This document shows positions 17,018 through 26,623 of a DNA stretch of 28,911 nucleotides, one piece after another. The stretch's first letter is position 1; every line of letters starts with the position of its first letter. This DNA is from Euryarchaeota archaeon UBA128 (GTDB taxonomy: Archaea > Thermoplasmatota > Poseidoniia > Poseidoniales > Poseidoniaceae). The stretch covers positions 8,799 through 37,709 of the forward strand of contig DALZ01000092.1 in the NCBI GenBank assembly GCA_002496955.1, given 5' to 3'. The notes beneath the pieces are model-generated. The model saw only the letters and a program-made list of their open reading frames with translations. It made no database searches and had not been told where the DNA came from. A program made the position numbers and the translations under genes.

Positions 17018-18169
17018 TTAATTCAGTGGATTTTTGGGAATATTACCGCTATTTTTACTACTTGGGATAGCTTGTAAGTCAGCAAAAGTAAGTTGCTTCG
17101 TTGGTGCTTCATTCATGACTGTTAGTCGCTCATCCATTGACATTTGAGCGATGAACTCGATTCTTCCTCTGGTTCGAGTTAAATCGTAAGATAGTGGTTT
17201 TAGACTTTCCACTATCTGTGACTCAAATTCGTCCTTTACTTTATTACCTCGCCACACAGAATAGCCCCAACGGTATGCAATGCCAACAATAGCTGCTCCA
17301 TACAAAAGCAACAAAACGGTTCCTGCAAAGACTACCGGGTTTCCATCGCGTGCTTGGTCAAGTAGATTTCTGCCAATCAAGAATAATAAACCAATGCCCA
17401 CAACTGGTTTCAGAATACTTTCAAGCCACTGGTCTACAGGCACCAGACGGCCTTTTGCTGGGTCAACAAATACTAGATCTGATTCAAAGGCTGTATTCAA
17501 TACACCCAAAATACCAAGCATGATAATGTATAGCCCAGATGCGATAATTAATTCCAATGCAGTAGAATCTAATTTGAAAATCCAGTGGACAATCAACCAA
17601 GCAAATAGCCCCAGAAATGCACCTTGCGGTACATAGTTGAAATGAATTACGTGATTAGAAAATTCATTGACTTTGCCGGATTTCTCGATTGAATTGCGAT
17701 GTGGTTTAGGTATGTGAATAACTTGCCAATGGAGTATTCTCTCCATCTGCTTCAAAGTGTATATCAAAACTCTTTTCCTAATAAGAAGATATTCGATAAG
17801 AATTAGTATTGGTAAACCAATGACAATAATTGGTAAGGCCATGATTACCGCGAGTGGGAAAATAATCAGTGCCGGTAATAAAAGAAAGTGTGACAAGGTC
17901 AGGGGATGAAATAGATCAGCCTCGATTAGTCTTTGCTTGGAAGGTTTAATTTTCAGACTGCGCGCCAAATCATTCAGGGTTGTTCTGAATGGTGATACCT
18001 GTCTTCCTGCATCAATAATTTGTCTAACAGAATTTCGATACTGTGATTCTTCATGACCAACTCCGATGAAAAAACTCCATGCCAACCTCATTGGCAATGC
18101 CATAACGACCGGTATGGAGAGTATTGCAGTCGCCCAAAGCAACCCAGAGACATCCAATTCCGCCGCCAT
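17018..18169 (-). CDS. Hypothetical multi-pass membrane protein
   Basis: 383-aa ORF with several hydrophobic helices; no family recognised. Confidence 0.8.
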   Translation of the reverse strand: MAAELDVSGLLWATAILSIPVVMALPMRLAWSFFIGVGHEESQYRNSVRQIIDAGRQVSPFRTTLNDLARSLKIKPSKQRLIEADLFHPLTLSHFLLLPALIIFPLAVIMALPIIVIGLPILILIEYLLIRKRVLIYTLKQMERILHWQVIHIPKPHRNSIEKSGKVNEFSNHVIHFNYVPQGAFLGLFAWLIVHWIFKLDSTALELIIASGLYIIMLGILGVLNTAFESDLVFVDPAKGRLVPVDQWLESILKPVVGIGLLFLIGRNLLDQARDGNPVVFAGTVLLLLYGAAIVGIAYRWGYSVWRGNKVKDEFESQIVESLKPLSYDLTRTRGRIEFIAQMSMDERLTVMNEAPTKQLTFADLQAIPSSKNSGNIPKNPLN

Positions 18170-18266
18170 ACCCGCTCAAACTGTGCTGATTGTTAATCCG
18201 GTTTCAATGGTTTGCTCGTTTTCGCGTCGATGTCAAGTTTATTGACCATCAGGAATATCGAGGTCT

Positions 18267-19253
18267 ATGGCAAGGATAGCAGTCACAGACGGTCTGTCGG
18301 CTGAGGCCCAAACTCTGCTTGAAAAACGAGGCCATGAAATCGTTGTTCAATATTACCAACCTGAAGAGTTAGCAGCAGGAGTGTTAGACGATTTCGATGC
18401 TGTTATAGTCAGAAGCGCCACTAAGTTATCCGCAGAAGTTATTGCCAAATCACAGAATTTGAAAGTAATTGCTAGGGCAGGTGTTGGCGTTGATAATATC
18501 GATCTATTAGCCGCTGGGAAAGCAGGTATTCCAGTAGTCAATGCGCCGGTTGCGTCGACTCAATCAGTCGTTGAACTAACCATTGGTCACCTATTGGCAT
18601 GTGTCCGAAATATAGCGAAATCCGACCGCTCAATGCGCGATGGTAAGTGGGAAAAAAAATTGTTGAAGGGCTCCGAACTCGCTGGTAAGAATTTGGGGTT
18701 GGTTGGATTTGGTCGGATTGCCCAAAGGGTTGGTGCGGTTGCTCAAACTATTGGTATGCGAGTCCATGCATATGACCCATACTTGCCACCGAAAGTTGCC
18801 AAGAATCATAACACTAGGTTACACAAATCAGTTGACACCCTGTTTGCAAATTGCACTCACATCTCAATTCACTGTAATCTGACCGATGAAACACATCATT
18901 TGGTAAACTATGAGATGATGAAGAAAATGCCTGGAAAATCATCAGATGGTATTGCTTGTGGGAATCACATAATCAATTGTGCTCGCGGTGGTATAGTTGA
19001 CGAGGAAGGCCTGCTAAAGGCTCTCAATGATGGCATACTAGCAACTGCCGCTCTCGATGTATTTGAACATGAACCGACTCCCTCAGATTACCAATTGTGT
19101 CGTCACCCAAATTTTCACAGTACCCCGCACATAGGAGCAGCAACGATTGAAGCACAGAGGCGAGTAGGAATTGATATTGCAAAAAATGTGATGGCAGTAT
19201 TATCCAAGAAGAAGTGTGATTATGTCGTGAATAAAGATTTCCTTTCTAGATGA
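18267..19253 (+). CDS. D-2-hydroxyacid dehydrogenase, D-3-phosphoglycerate dehydrogenase-like, no ACT domain
   Basis: IVRSATK, ARAGVGVDNID, GLVGFGRIA, INCARGGIVDE, ALDVFEHEP and TPHIGAAT.EAQ. Confidence 0.9.
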   Translation: MARIAVTDGLSAEAQTLLEKRGHEIVVQYYQPEELAAGVLDDFDAVIVRSATKLSAEVIAKSQNLKVIARAGVGVDNIDLLAAGKAGIPVVNAPVASTQSVVELTIGHLLACVRNIAKSDRSMRDGKWEKKLLKGSELAGKNLGLVGFGRIAQRVGAVAQTIGMRVHAYDPYLPPKVAKNHNTRLHKSVDTLFANCTHISIHCNLTDETHHLVNYEMMKKMPGKSSDGIACGNHIINCARGGIVDEEGLLKALNDGILATAALDVFEHEPTPSDYQLCRHPNFHSTPHIGAATIEAQRRVGIDIAKNVMAVLSKKKCDYVVNKDFLSR

Positions 19254-19290
19254 TTGTAAATTCAAAAACCTTCGACATCTTGTGATAATT

Positions 19291-19297
19291 GAGGTGA
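19291..19297 (+). promoter_or_regulatory. Shine-Dalgarno GAGGTGA for dinB
   Basis: Consensus SD 4 nt before GTG19302. Confidence 0.75.
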
Positions 19298-19301
19298 CAC
19301 G

Positions 19302-20414
19302 GTGAGCAAATCGAGAATAATTATTCATTGTGATCTAGATGCTTTCTACGCTGCTGTCGAAACATTGCATCATGGCTTTGACGAGTCAGTGCCTTTGATA
19401 ATTGGTTCAGACCCGGAAAATGGCCGTGGCAGAGGGATAGTATCTACCTGCAACTATGCAGCAAGAAAATTTGGCATTCGTTCCGCAATGGCAATTAGTG
19501 AGGCTTGGAGGCGATGCCCGGGGCCCCCATACGGTAATGGAATCTACATCCGGGGGAGTAGGGGGCTATACTCCAGAGCCTCTCGAAAGGTAATGTCTAT
19601 ATTGAAGCAACCAGCTCAATATTTTGAGCAAGCAAGCATCGACGAGGCATATCTAGATGTTACCGAATATGTCAGCGGTGATTGGGATGCAGCAGTAGCA
19701 CTGTGTCGGAGTCTACAAGAATCAATCGAGCAGAAAATAGGTCTAACAGCGTCTTTTGGAGTTGCCCAGAACCGGATTTTAGCAAAAATGGCTAGCGAAA
19801 TTAACAAGCCACGGGGTATTTTTCGAATACTCCCCGACGAGTTATCAGATTTTTTTGAAGGTAGAAATATTAGAGACGTACCAGGGATAGGCAAAAAGCG
19901 GGCCACACAATTACATGAATGGGGGATATCTACTGTTGATGAGATGTATGCACATGGAGAACTCGCCTTAGCGAGAATAACAGGAGAGAGATTTGCCGCG
20001 TGGATTACTAAAGTCTACGAGGGAAAAACTTCTTCTGAAATTAGTCCATTACGCAGTCGAAAATCAATTGGTAAAGAGCATACTTTTGATTTTGATCGGG
20101 ACAACTACCATGTCGTGTTGGAGAATCTCTTGAGCATTGTTCGACGTGTGATGAAATCGGCTCGAGAAATTGGTGTATCTGGTCGACTGGCAGAGGTAAA
20201 AATCCGCTACACAGGATTTGAGACCCACACACACGGTCGCTCTATTCCTGTATCTATGGATGATGATGAGGTGTTTGTCGGTTTAGCAGAGAAATTATTT
20301 GCTAATAATGTTCAATCAAATAAAAAGATACGGCTGATTGGGTTTAGGTTAGGTCAATTAGACACGCCTTCTACAAAACAAACCAGATTGTTATCGATTT
20401 ATGAAGAGGAGTAA
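19302..20414 (+). CDS. dinB: DNA polymerase IV (Y-family)
   Basis: IIHCDLDAFYAAVE, STCNYAARKFGIRSAM, SIDEAYLD, LAKMASEINKP, VPGIG, little-finger KSIGKEHTF and RLIG. Confidence 0.96.
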   Translation: MSKSRIIIHCDLDAFYAAVETLHHGFDESVPLIIGSDPENGRGRGIVSTCNYAARKFGIRSAMAISEAWRRCPGPPYGNGIYIRGSRGLYSRASRKVMSILKQPAQYFEQASIDEAYLDVTEYVSGDWDAAVALCRSLQESIEQKIGLTASFGVAQNRILAKMASEINKPRGIFRILPDELSDFFEGRNIRDVPGIGKKRATQLHEWGISTVDEMYAHGELALARITGERFAAWITKVYEGKTSSEISPLRSRKSIGKEHTFDFDRDNYHVVLENLLSIVRRVMKSAREIGVSGRLAEVKIRYTGFETHTHGRSIPVSMDDDEVFVGLAEKLFANNVQSNKKIRLIGFRLGQLDTPSTKQTRLLSIYEEE

Positions 20415-20417
20415 ACA

Positions 20418-22907
20418 TTATTCTAAGCTATGCATGGATGTTAAAATATCTGCAAATTCTAACAAATTTTCAGGAATGGTTATTCCGCTGATAGGTTGAT
20501 TAAGAGAGATTCCACTGGACTTTTTAGTGTTCCAAACTTCGCCGTTAAAGTTTTGCAGTTCAATTGTCTTGGATGTCAAATACTGGCTATTATGCTCATC
20601 AAATGATGCTCCAAACGGGTTTCCCGGAAAAGCATCAACATCAACGGCAGACTTGTGGTATATCGTTTGAGAGATGTGGTGGGTAAAGAATGGACATACG
20701 GGGCTAAACGCACTCATAAAGTCCCTTACTATTCTGTGCAAGGTCCAAGCAGCCATCTTATCACCGTCATACAAACGAGACTTTACCATCTCTAAGTAAT
20801 GACTTGGCAGCACACCTGTGGCAAAACTCTTCATTGCTTGTGTTGCGGTGTATATGTCTAAATTAGTCCATGCGGATTTAACTTGGTTCAACACTAAATT
20901 AAATTCACACAAAATCCACTCATCTTCGACATTCAACGAATCAGGCTTATTTTCAAGATCATCCGGAACGTCAAATTGAGATGCAAATCTAGCAACATTG
21001 AACAATTTCGTCAAAACACCAAAATAGCGTTGTTCAATTTCTTCTGGGTTAATGTGAAAGTCATCGCCCACCTGAGCATCACAGGCTTTCCACAAACGAA
21101 AACACTCACTACCAATTTTGTTGGCTCTGAGATTAACAGTTTTCTCCGGACCTTTGACTTTCCATGAACCAGTACGGCCACCAGCCCCACATTCCAATAC
21201 TGAATCTGCATCAATCCCATTACCAAGAGACTTACTCATCTTCCGCCCCCACGGGTCCATACCTAACCCATCAATCCATACATGCTTGAATCCAGGCATG
21301 TCTAGTAAAAGAGCGGATTTTAGTAGAGTGTAGTATAGCCAAGTTCGGACTATCTCCTTGCCCTGAGGCCGTAATGCGGTGGGGAAGGATTTTGCAAAAA
21401 CATCAGGGTGGTTCAAGTAGCCACTGACAAATAAATTCGAGTTGGAAGAATCCATCCATGTGTCAAAGACTTTCTCTTCGCCTATTATAGTGCCAAGTTC
21501 AGGTGCCATCGTTTCGTAGGAGCCGACATCTTGTCTAGTCTTTCTGGATAATACTCGGCTTCCAGAGGGTGGTTTTTCGCGCCACGGTTGTACATAGATT
21601 CCTGAAGGAGGGACAATAATATAATTTTCATCTTCACTATACCATATTGGAATTTCTGTGTGATACCATCGACGCCTAGATATTGGCCAATCGATGCTAA
21701 TATTATCCATCCAGTCAAGAAGAAATTGTCGATTTCTGGGTGGATGAAACTCAATATCCTCAATCAGTTCACGCATCCTTCCTTGGATGTGTGTTTGTCG
21801 GACATACCACTCTTTTAACAATATAATTTCAACTGGGTTCTTGCCGCGCTCAGAAACTGGGACCTCCTGCATCCGCTCTTCGATTTTGGCCACTTTTCCT
21901 TCTTCGGACAGATAATCAATAATGGATTTCCTCGCCTCGATTACCGTCAAACCAGCCCATTGTGCGGCAATTTCTGTCATACATCCCTCGAGATTTATCG
22001 CTTGGAAAGGTTTTAGACCAAGTTCCCTGAATATTGCAACGTCATTTTGGTCCCCAAATGAACATACCATCAATACTCCGGAACCAAAATCTGACTTGAC
22101 TGATGCATGAGTCTTGATTGTAACCTTCTGCTCTCGACCTGAAACTGGTATTGGTAGGGTAATCTGTTGGCCAATCAAATGTTGGTATCTCTCATCATCA
22201 GGGTGGACGACAACAACTCCACAGGCACAAATCAATTCTGGTCTAGTTGTCGATATGATAACTTCTGTACCATCGTCTAAATTCCAAATGACATCAACAA
22301 GGTTAGTCTTTCTTTGCTTCCGTTCAACTTCTGCATCGGCTATCGTAGTCCCTTCAACTGGGTCGTAAATATTCGGTCTCAAGTCTTCAACAATCGTGCC
22401 GTTTTTGAACAGGTCGACAAATATCGATTGGGTTACCGCTCGATAATCAGGAGCATCGGTTAGGTATTCTCGATCAAAGTCACATGACAACCCCACTCTG
22501 CGTGCAGTGTTCCGCATTGCTTGAGTAAACTCCTCGATAGTTTGTTCGCACAGTTCCAAAAATTCAGCACGGTCGTAGGTCTTCATTTTCCGCTTGGTGT
22601 TTTTTTCTACGGTAAACTCGATATTGATACCATTCCTATCAACGCCCCATGGAAAGTATACCTCTTTTCCTAGTAGTCTTTGAGACCGGGCAATGACGTC
22701 AATCATTGAGTATTGAGCAACCGCTCCAATATGCCAGGTTCCGGACGGGTAAGGAGGTGGTGTGTCGATGACAAAAATTTCCTTTCCGGAGTTGGGATTA
22801 AAGGCATACCTGTTTGCATATTCAGCAGGGTCAGCAGAATGTTCAGTCTGTATTTTCTTTTCAAGGTCAACGGACCAGCGCTTTTCGTTCAATCTTGGAG
22901 TTGGCAT
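20418..22907 (-). CDS. valS: Valine--tRNA ligase, archaeal type
   Basis: IDTPPPYPSGTWHIG, STTRPELI, GSGVLMVCSFGD, DWPISRRRW, DTWMDSS, RPQGKEIVRTW and KMSKSLGN. ATG22907 follows the SD-like GGTGAGG. Confidence 0.96.
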   Translation of the reverse strand: MPTPRLNEKRWSVDLEKKIQTEHSADPAEYANRYAFNPNSGKEIFVIDTPPPYPSGTWHIGAVAQYSMIDVIARSQRLLGKEVYFPWGVDRNGINIEFTVEKNTKRKMKTYDRAEFLELCEQTIEEFTQAMRNTARRVGLSCDFDREYLTDAPDYRAVTQSIFVDLFKNGTIVEDLRPNIYDPVEGTTIADAEVERKQRKTNLVDVIWNLDDGTEVIISTTRPELICACGVVVVHPDDERYQHLIGQQITLPIPVSGREQKVTIKTHASVKSDFGSGVLMVCSFGDQNDVAIFRELGLKPFQAINLEGCMTEIAAQWAGLTVIEARKSIIDYLSEEGKVAKIEERMQEVPVSERGKNPVEIILLKEWYVRQTHIQGRMRELIEDIEFHPPRNRQFLLDWMDNISIDWPISRRRWYHTEIPIWYSEDENYIIVPPSGIYVQPWREKPPSGSRVLSRKTRQDVGSYETMAPELGTIIGEEKVFDTWMDSSNSNLFVSGYLNHPDVFAKSFPTALRPQGKEIVRTWLYYTLLKSALLLDMPGFKHVWIDGLGMDPWGRKMSKSLGNGIDADSVLECGAGGRTGSWKVKGPEKTVNLRANKIGSECFRLWKACDAQVGDDFHINPEEIEQRYFGVLTKLFNVARFASQFDVPDDLENKPDSLNVEDEWILCEFNLVLNQVKSAWTNLDIYTATQAMKSFATGVLPSHYLEMVKSRLYDGDKMAAWTLHRIVRDFMSAFSPVCPFFTHHISQTIYHKSAVDVDAFPGNPFGASFDEHNSQYLTSKTIELQNFNGEVWNTKKSSGISLNQPISGITIPENLLEFADILTSMHSLE

Positions 22908-23066
22908 TTGCCTCACCGGCCCCCCACTAGTTAACAGCACGGGTCCGGCTTGCCCACTACTTCAAAGATATCAAACCAACGCATTGAGGTTATTTTTTAA
23001 ATCAATGACAATCATTATGTCGGTAAACATTTCAAGCGGAGACTCGTAGGCCATGCGGGGAAGGCT

Positions 23067-26000
23067 ATGGCTGATGGGAAAGAATCCTCCGAACCATCGA
23101 TTGAAAGTCGTAAATTCTCTAAGCGTATTGCAGCACTTGCAGAGTATAGTAAATCAAAACTTCAATCGGGAGCTGTTGATTTAACTGCGAGAGTTAGAGA
23201 CTTCAGGGCTAAGTCTGCGATTGATGCAGTGCTTGAAGCCCCTGACCGATTTAAGAGAGAGTGGCAAAAACATGGTGCAACTGGTGCAATTACAAGATAC
23301 CCAGTGGCAATTTTAGTGATATTTTTGTTATTAACGGCGTTCTTTGTTTCCCAATCAGGATTTCTCGATGACACCCGTTTCGATGACGATCCAGATGAGC
23401 CCGCACTCAATGTAAACGGTGATTTAGAAGTATATCTTCCAGAAGGCAGTCAGGTGGCAGAGCTCATCAAATTAGTGGAAGACGATTGGTCGACAAATGT
23501 TATGATAATTTATGTTGAGTCAGGGACTCGCAACATAACTGACCAAAGGATTCTTCAAGAGATGAGTTATGTTGAGAACCAATTAAATCCATACCTATCC
23601 GACTCGGTCAATGATGATGTAATTTACATATTGTCATTATCTACAGTTTTGAAAGAGGTAAACTCTAGTGCGCCGCGTGTGCGTGAGGCATTTCTCACAG
23701 AGTTGTTTGAATTAGGGTGCGCTCAAAGTGGTGGGGATGAGTGTACTTCTCGGGATTTTGGCCAGCAAGTTAATGATTTGATAAGCGAAACCGATGAACA
23801 ATTTGGTGGTTCGTACGAAATACCAAGTCAGCCAACAATCGATTTAGTAGTAGGTGAAATGTATGAGGATGACGGTAGTCCAACTCCAGGTCTGGACAAA
23901 TTAGCCCGTGATGTGTGCACTACAGGAGAGCGAGACTGTGGAACTCCAGACGGATTGTTAGATAGGGCTATAATGGCTGTTGCAGTATCTGACCAAGTAG
24001 AAGCCAAAGACTTGATTGCTAGAACTCAAGCACAACTGGATCAGTTTAGCAAGGAAGAGAGGTATTGTGATGATGTAAACAATGATGGTGTTCCAGACGC
24101 TGAGACAGGTGTCTGCACTTGGGAAAGTCTAAACCTGACAATGACTCTGACCGGGCCTGTTCCCATAACAAATGCAGTTACTGAATTTTCTTTCAAGTTA
24201 TTTTGGGAAATATTCCCTACGGCCGTAGTTTTAGTTGCGCTAGGTTTGTTTATATTTCACTCTGATTTGTTACAAACAGGTATCACAGGAATTAGACCAA
24301 TTCAGGGAATAAAGGTGGTGATTATTGCGGGCCTTCCGACGTTATGTGCGGTTTTTTGGACTTTAGGCCTTATCGGTTGGACTAATTACGAAGTAACTAT
24401 GACTGTAATAATCGTCGGACCTATTCTACTTGCTCTAGGAGTATCTTATGGTTTGCATATCACCAACCGTTATGCAGAAGAGGGTGGAACCAAATCTGAG
24501 AAAATGAAAGCTTCATTGACATCAACAGGGAAAGCAGTATTTTTATCGGCAGTTACAACAGTGATTGGGTTCATTTCGTTGGTATTTACTCCTATGGCAC
24601 CAATACAAACTGTTGGGATTGCACTGTCTGGGGGAATTGTAATTGTCTATATTTTGACAATTTTCATGGTGCCTAACCTTACGCTGTTACTCGATTTACG
24701 GAAACCAAAGCATCCCCCGCTGAAAGCATTTGACCGCCTTGTCGATGCTCCAGTAAAATATAATAGGGGAATAATCGGCTTTTTCTTGCTTTTAATTCTA
24801 GTTTCTGCTACCCTTGGTCAGAGTAATGTTGAGGAAAATATCGACCTACTAGGGATGGCCCCAGAAGGTGAGGACCCAGTAATTAAGATGAAACAATACA
24901 GCAGTGATTTCAATGCTGGTCAAATTGGCATGGTTTTGATCCATGCAAATGTTACTGGTGATACCAACGATCAAGATACGGGCAATGATAACCCAGCAGA
25001 AAATCTGAAACGAATAGATCAGTTAGAAAGTAAATTGAACACAGTTGAAAACACATCTGCTGTATCGATAGTTTTCTTAATGAAATCAACAGGTATTGCT
25101 CCGACAGTTTCTGGTGCTCAAATATATGAATTTGTCAATGTAACTCCTCTGCCCGACGACATAAAGGAAACTGCTGAGGTGTTGCTCAACAATGAGGTGA
25201 CTGTTGACGCTTCGTTTTGGGATTTATTGATGCAACCAGACAACTTTGGTTTGCCTGGAACTAAACAATCACAAATATTCTTACTGAATGTATTTTATGC
25301 CTCGATAACCGATGAAACAAGGGAGATTTTCATCAATAAAGACTTTGATAGAACCTTGATTTATGTTGATATGCCGTTCATACCGGTTGCTGATACAGCT
25401 AAGAGCGTTGAAGCAGTCAATCAACATGCAGACTCATTCAGGTCAGTCGATAGTGGCCGGGCGGAACATCTCACCGGTGTGGCTGCGACGGCCATTGAAG
25501 TTAACCAACTCATAGTCGGTTCACAATATACTTCACTGGCATTTGCAATCATACTGACTTTGATTGTTCTAGCAGTGGTCTTTAGAGATATACAATATTC
25601 ATTTTGGACTACTTCTCCGGTTATTGCAACAGTCGCATTGCAGTGGTTAGTAATGTGGCAAATGAATGTCACATTATCGCTTGTCACCGTTATGATTGGC
25701 TCAATTTTAGTTGGTGTTGGAGTAGATTTCTCTATTCACATATCCAATCGTATACGGGAACTTGGAGGCGGTATTAATGCTATCAAGAGTGCCGCTATTG
25801 GGACGGGAATGTCGCTGTTTGAAGCGGCGGTTGTAACATCCCTTGGAATGATTACCGCCTATCAGATTCCCATACCTGAAATTAAACCTTTCATCACAGT
25901 AATTTTGATTCTACTGTGGGTGGCAGCCGCCAGTGCTTTGATATTGCTTCCAGCAATTTTCGTCACTTTAGAAAAAATGGGAATCGGTGCGGTTAGAGAT

Positions 26001-26102
26001 TCAAATATGATGGCCAGAAAACTTGGCCTGATTATGGACAAGCGGGCAGATATTGATGTATTGGATGCGGTAATCGATGATGATATCGAGGACGCGTGGT
26101 AA
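23067..26102 (+). CDS. MMPL/RND-superfamily transporter, archaeal HAE3-like
   Basis: Two-repeat RND architecture with two large extracellular domains; LTLTGPVPI, GVSYGLHITNRY, TGKAVFLSAVTTVIGFISL, HLTGVAA and GVGVDFSIHI. Confidence 0.92.
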   Translation: MADGKESSEPSIESRKFSKRIAALAEYSKSKLQSGAVDLTARVRDFRAKSAIDAVLEAPDRFKREWQKHGATGAITRYPVAILVIFLLLTAFFVSQSGFLDDTRFDDDPDEPALNVNGDLEVYLPEGSQVAELIKLVEDDWSTNVMIIYVESGTRNITDQRILQEMSYVENQLNPYLSDSVNDDVIYILSLSTVLKEVNSSAPRVREAFLTELFELGCAQSGGDECTSRDFGQQVNDLISETDEQFGGSYEIPSQPTIDLVVGEMYEDDGSPTPGLDKLARDVCTTGERDCGTPDGLLDRAIMAVAVSDQVEAKDLIARTQAQLDQFSKEERYCDDVNNDGVPDAETGVCTWESLNLTMTLTGPVPITNAVTEFSFKLFWEIFPTAVVLVALGLFIFHSDLLQTGITGIRPIQGIKVVIIAGLPTLCAVFWTLGLIGWTNYEVTMTVIIVGPILLALGVSYGLHITNRYAEEGGTKSEKMKASLTSTGKAVFLSAVTTVIGFISLVFTPMAPIQTVGIALSGGIVIVYILTIFMVPNLTLLLDLRKPKHPPLKAFDRLVDAPVKYNRGIIGFFLLLILVSATLGQSNVEENIDLLGMAPEGEDPVIKMKQYSSDFNAGQIGMVLIHANVTGDTNDQDTGNDNPAENLKRIDQLESKLNTVENTSAVSIVFLMKSTGIAPTVSGAQIYEFVNVTPLPDDIKETAEVLLNNEVTVDASFWDLLMQPDNFGLPGTKQSQIFLLNVFYASITDETREIFINKDFDRTLIYVDMPFIPVADTAKSVEAVNQHADSFRSVDSGRAEHLTGVAATAIEVNQLIVGSQYTSLAFAIILTLIVLAVVFRDIQYSFWTTSPVIATVALQWLVMWQMNVTLSLVTVMIGSILVGVGVDFSIHISNRIRELGGGINAIKSAAIGTGMSLFEAAVVTSLGMITAYQIPIPEIKPFITVILILLWVAAASALILLPAIFVTLEKMGIGAVRDSNMMARKLGLIMDKRADIDVLDAVIDDDIEDAW

Positions 26103-26139
26103 TACAAATCTCAAAAGAGCGGGAACTATTGGCGTGTAC

Positions 26140-26619
26140 ATGGTCGCTTATTGGCTAATGAAATCAGAGCCGCATGTTTACCCATATGAACAACTGGTTG
26201 CAGATGGGTCAACCCATTGGGATGGTGTCCGAAACTATCAAGCAAGAAATATCATGAGAGACAACATGAAGTTAGGAGATTTAGTATTGTATTATCACTC
26301 CAATTTCAAGCCACCACACGTTGCAGGTATTGCTAGAATATGCCGGGAAGGCTATCCTGATTTTACTGCTCAAGACCCCAAGTCAAAATATTTCGATGAA
26401 AAAGCAACGCCAGAGAATCCGAGGTGGATCATGGTTGACATCGAACCAGTCATGAAACTAGATGAAATAATTCCGCTTGAAGATATCAAAAACAACCCGG
26501 AATGTGAAGGTATGGCTCTGATTAGGAAAGGGCAACGCCTTTCGGTTCAACCAGTTGATGAGGACCATTTTGTCGCAGTTTTGCGCATGGCTAATTTACA
26601 ACTAAGCGATTTGAGTTGA
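26140..26619 (+). CDS. EVE domain protein (THYN1-like)
   Basis: YWLMKSEP, WDGVRNYQARN, GDLVLYYHSN, YPDFTAQDPKSKYFD and NPRWIMVD. ATG26140 is preferred. Confidence 0.93.
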   Translation: MVAYWLMKSEPHVYPYEQLVADGSTHWDGVRNYQARNIMRDNMKLGDLVLYYHSNFKPPHVAGIARICREGYPDFTAQDPKSKYFDEKATPENPRWIMVDIEPVMKLDEIIPLEDIKNNPECEGMALIRKGQRLSVQPVDEDHFVAVLRMANLQLSDLS

Positions 26620-26623
26620 TTCT

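Noticed and set aside
2574-22907. dtdA, two tRNAs, rtcB, alaS and valS as one tRNA quality-control system
   Set aside because: The genes are on different strands, in separate transcription units and interspersed with unrelated genes. This is consistent with an ordinary core-genome region.
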